From Podarcis gaigeae (Eukaryota): 64,000 nucleotides of DNA. Position numbers and translations under genes: made by a program. This document shows positions 62,077-64,000 of the stretch, one piece after another (the first letter of the stretch is position 1; the number at the start of each line of letters is the position of its first letter). A model generated the notes under the pieces. It saw only the letters and a program-made list of their open reading frames with translations, was not told the DNA's origin and ran no database searches. The stretch is taken from the NCBI GenBank assembly GCA_964106915.2, contig OZ066914.1. One strand, given 5' to 3'.

Positions 62077-62564
62077 TAGGGGTAGGCAACCTTTACGACA
62101 AAAAGAGCTACTTGGACCCGTTTCCGAAGGAAAAAAAACTGGGAGCCGCAAAACTCATCATTATAAAAATAACTTTTTTGTCACTTTTTTATTATTTCTT
62201 TGTTTGACCCCTCAGAATTACTCCTCCTCATAGAAATAAATGTTAAATTAACAAGTTACCTTTTGTGTGTGTTCTTCACTCCCCTTCAAAACAGTGACCA
62301 GCGTACATGCCCCCTTTCAGTGCAGTGACCAGCGTACATGCCCCTTACAATGTTGCGGGCGGGCGGGAAGGTGACGTCGGGATGGTGCGTGACTAACGCA
62401 CGCACTGCCCCCATGCAATGTCACAGCCAGTACAGTGCCCGCCAGAGTGGGAAGTGTCGGGGCGCACAATGCGCCTCCTCCCCTCACTAGTATCTGCCCC
62501 GGAGCTGCGGCAAAGGTGTAAAAGGGCCACATGCGGCTCCAGAGCCCCGGGTTGCAGACCCCTG
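62077..62564 (-). mobile_element. Second, inverted copy of the 49073 hAT element
   Basis: Reverse-complement similarity along the whole length. No TSD visible. Confidence 0.9.
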
Positions 62565-62884
62565 CACTATATGTAGTGTAAACACATTGGAAGGCACAAG
62601 TGCGCCAAACATGTTGCCAGCCCTTTGTTTCTAAAAATTTGTTTGTTAACCCTTTTGATACAGCTGTGTTTGTATAGAGACATCTTAAACTGCAGCTCCT
62701 AAATCTACGCTCTGCATTTTGTGTAGGGGAAGATTAGCCTCCTCATGTAAGTATGTGATAACTCTGCTCCTCTGAGATTTGGTTTCACATGGGTAATATT
62801 ACCCTCTGAAGATACATATTTGGGGGAAATTTCCTCTGGTGCACTTTCTCCAAATACTTTGTTGCTATCATCTGTGAAAGAAAG

Positions 62885-62885
<1 letters not shown>

Positions 62886-62918
<33 letters not shown>

Positions 62919-62924
62919 TGTATA
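62886..62924. repeat. (GT)n(GC)n alternating tract
   Basis: Direct reading. Confidence 0.9.
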
Positions 62925-63936
62925 ATACAAGCACACACACAGGCAAAGTCTCATCTATTGGCTAGGTGAACAAGAAGGAGGTATGTTTGAATTAGTACAG
63001 TTTATGGCTTCATTTTGACTTCAGTGGAATGTTGGGTGCAGCTTTGTCAGTAATTTCACATAAATTAGCAGCATGCCTTTAACCAGTTTCCAGGGTGGCT
63101 TGCAAATGAAATCGGATTAAAGCCAAAACATTAAAAGCTTTAAAGTGTGATGTAAAAACATGCAGCTTCAGATACAATAAATGCAGAGTGGTATAAAGAA
63201 TAAAAAGTAGCATAAGAATGGCCAGCTGAGATAAAACAGGTCAGTTTTAAAAGCTTGATAAAATAAGGTCTTTGGCATTCAGGGTGCCACCACAAAGAAG
63301 GCCCTCTTCCCTTTATAGCCTCCTGCTAGAGCTCAGGTTGTGGTAGTGTCAGACTCACAAAGTGGCTTGCCAAATGCACCTTATGATGGGATGATTTTTT
63401 AATTAAAAAAACCCCACTTGGCACTAAATATTGATACTTTGCGCATAATTTCTAATGCCCGAACCCAAAACATTGTTCCTGCTTTGTTTTACATAGCAAA
63501 GCAGGCTCTAATTCAGTTGCATGAACTCATGTCTATTTGTGCTGGAATACAGTTTGTTATTGGCTCTGTGTGTCTGTGTTGAAAGTAATATATCCAGTAA
63601 TGTAATGTAGGTCTGCATCTGGCTGAAAGTAATGCACTGGTGGCAAGTGAAGTAAGATTTGCATATGAATAGGCATCTGCTTGCACGAATTGGAAGGAAA
63701 TTTCATCTGAATGTAAATGTGCATTACTTTAAATTGGATGTGCATTAGGATACACATCTAAATGCAGGCAGGCATGTGCAATGAGAGCGGGAATATATTT
63801 TATAGAAAGTTATGGACTTGGTTTTAGGAGAATGATAGTGCAGTCCTATACATGTCTACATGGGAATAAGTCCAGTGAAATTTACTCCCAGGTAAGTGAA
63901 TATAGGTTTGCAACTTGTGAGTAGGTTGGCAGTATA

Positions 63937-64000
63937 CAGTGGTGCCTCGGGTTACAGACGCTTCAGGTTAGAGACGCTTCAGGTTACAGACTCCACTAAC
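63937..64000 (+). mobile_element. Tc1/mariner MITE, runs off the window end
   Basis: TA + CAGTGGTGCCTCGGGTTACAGACGCTTCAGG. Confidence 0.85.

Overview
Vertebrate genomic DNA, almost certainly a squamate and probably a lacertid lizard, inferred from about 11 Sauria SINE copies, a BovB LINE and lizard-type MITEs. It holds one complete protein-coding gene, DAPL1 (4 coding exons, + strand, 19062-30305, 107 aa), which I assembled by hand from GT-AG splice sites because the ORF track does not show it. A second CpG island at about 51-52.5 kb has a strong splice donor and is most likely the promoter and non-coding first exon of TANC1. That call rests on amniote PKP4-DAPL1-TANC1 synteny, since no TANC1 coding exon is in the window. 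The rest is intron or intergenic DNA dense in transposons: a 5'-truncated BovB with a nested Rex1/Babar LINE, L2/L1/CR1 fragments, tRNA-derived SINEs, hAT, Tc1-mariner and Harbinger-type MITEs, and Penelope-like remnants with hammerhead-ribozyme motifs. Nearly all ORFs in the supplied track are spurious. I found no convincing wholly new multi-gene system. The best leads are a perfect 55-bp Penelope/hammerhead hairpin inside (TA)n, two different tRNA heads on one CR1-type SINE tail, substitutions in conserved DAPL1 motifs, and a uORF in the putative TANC1 leader.
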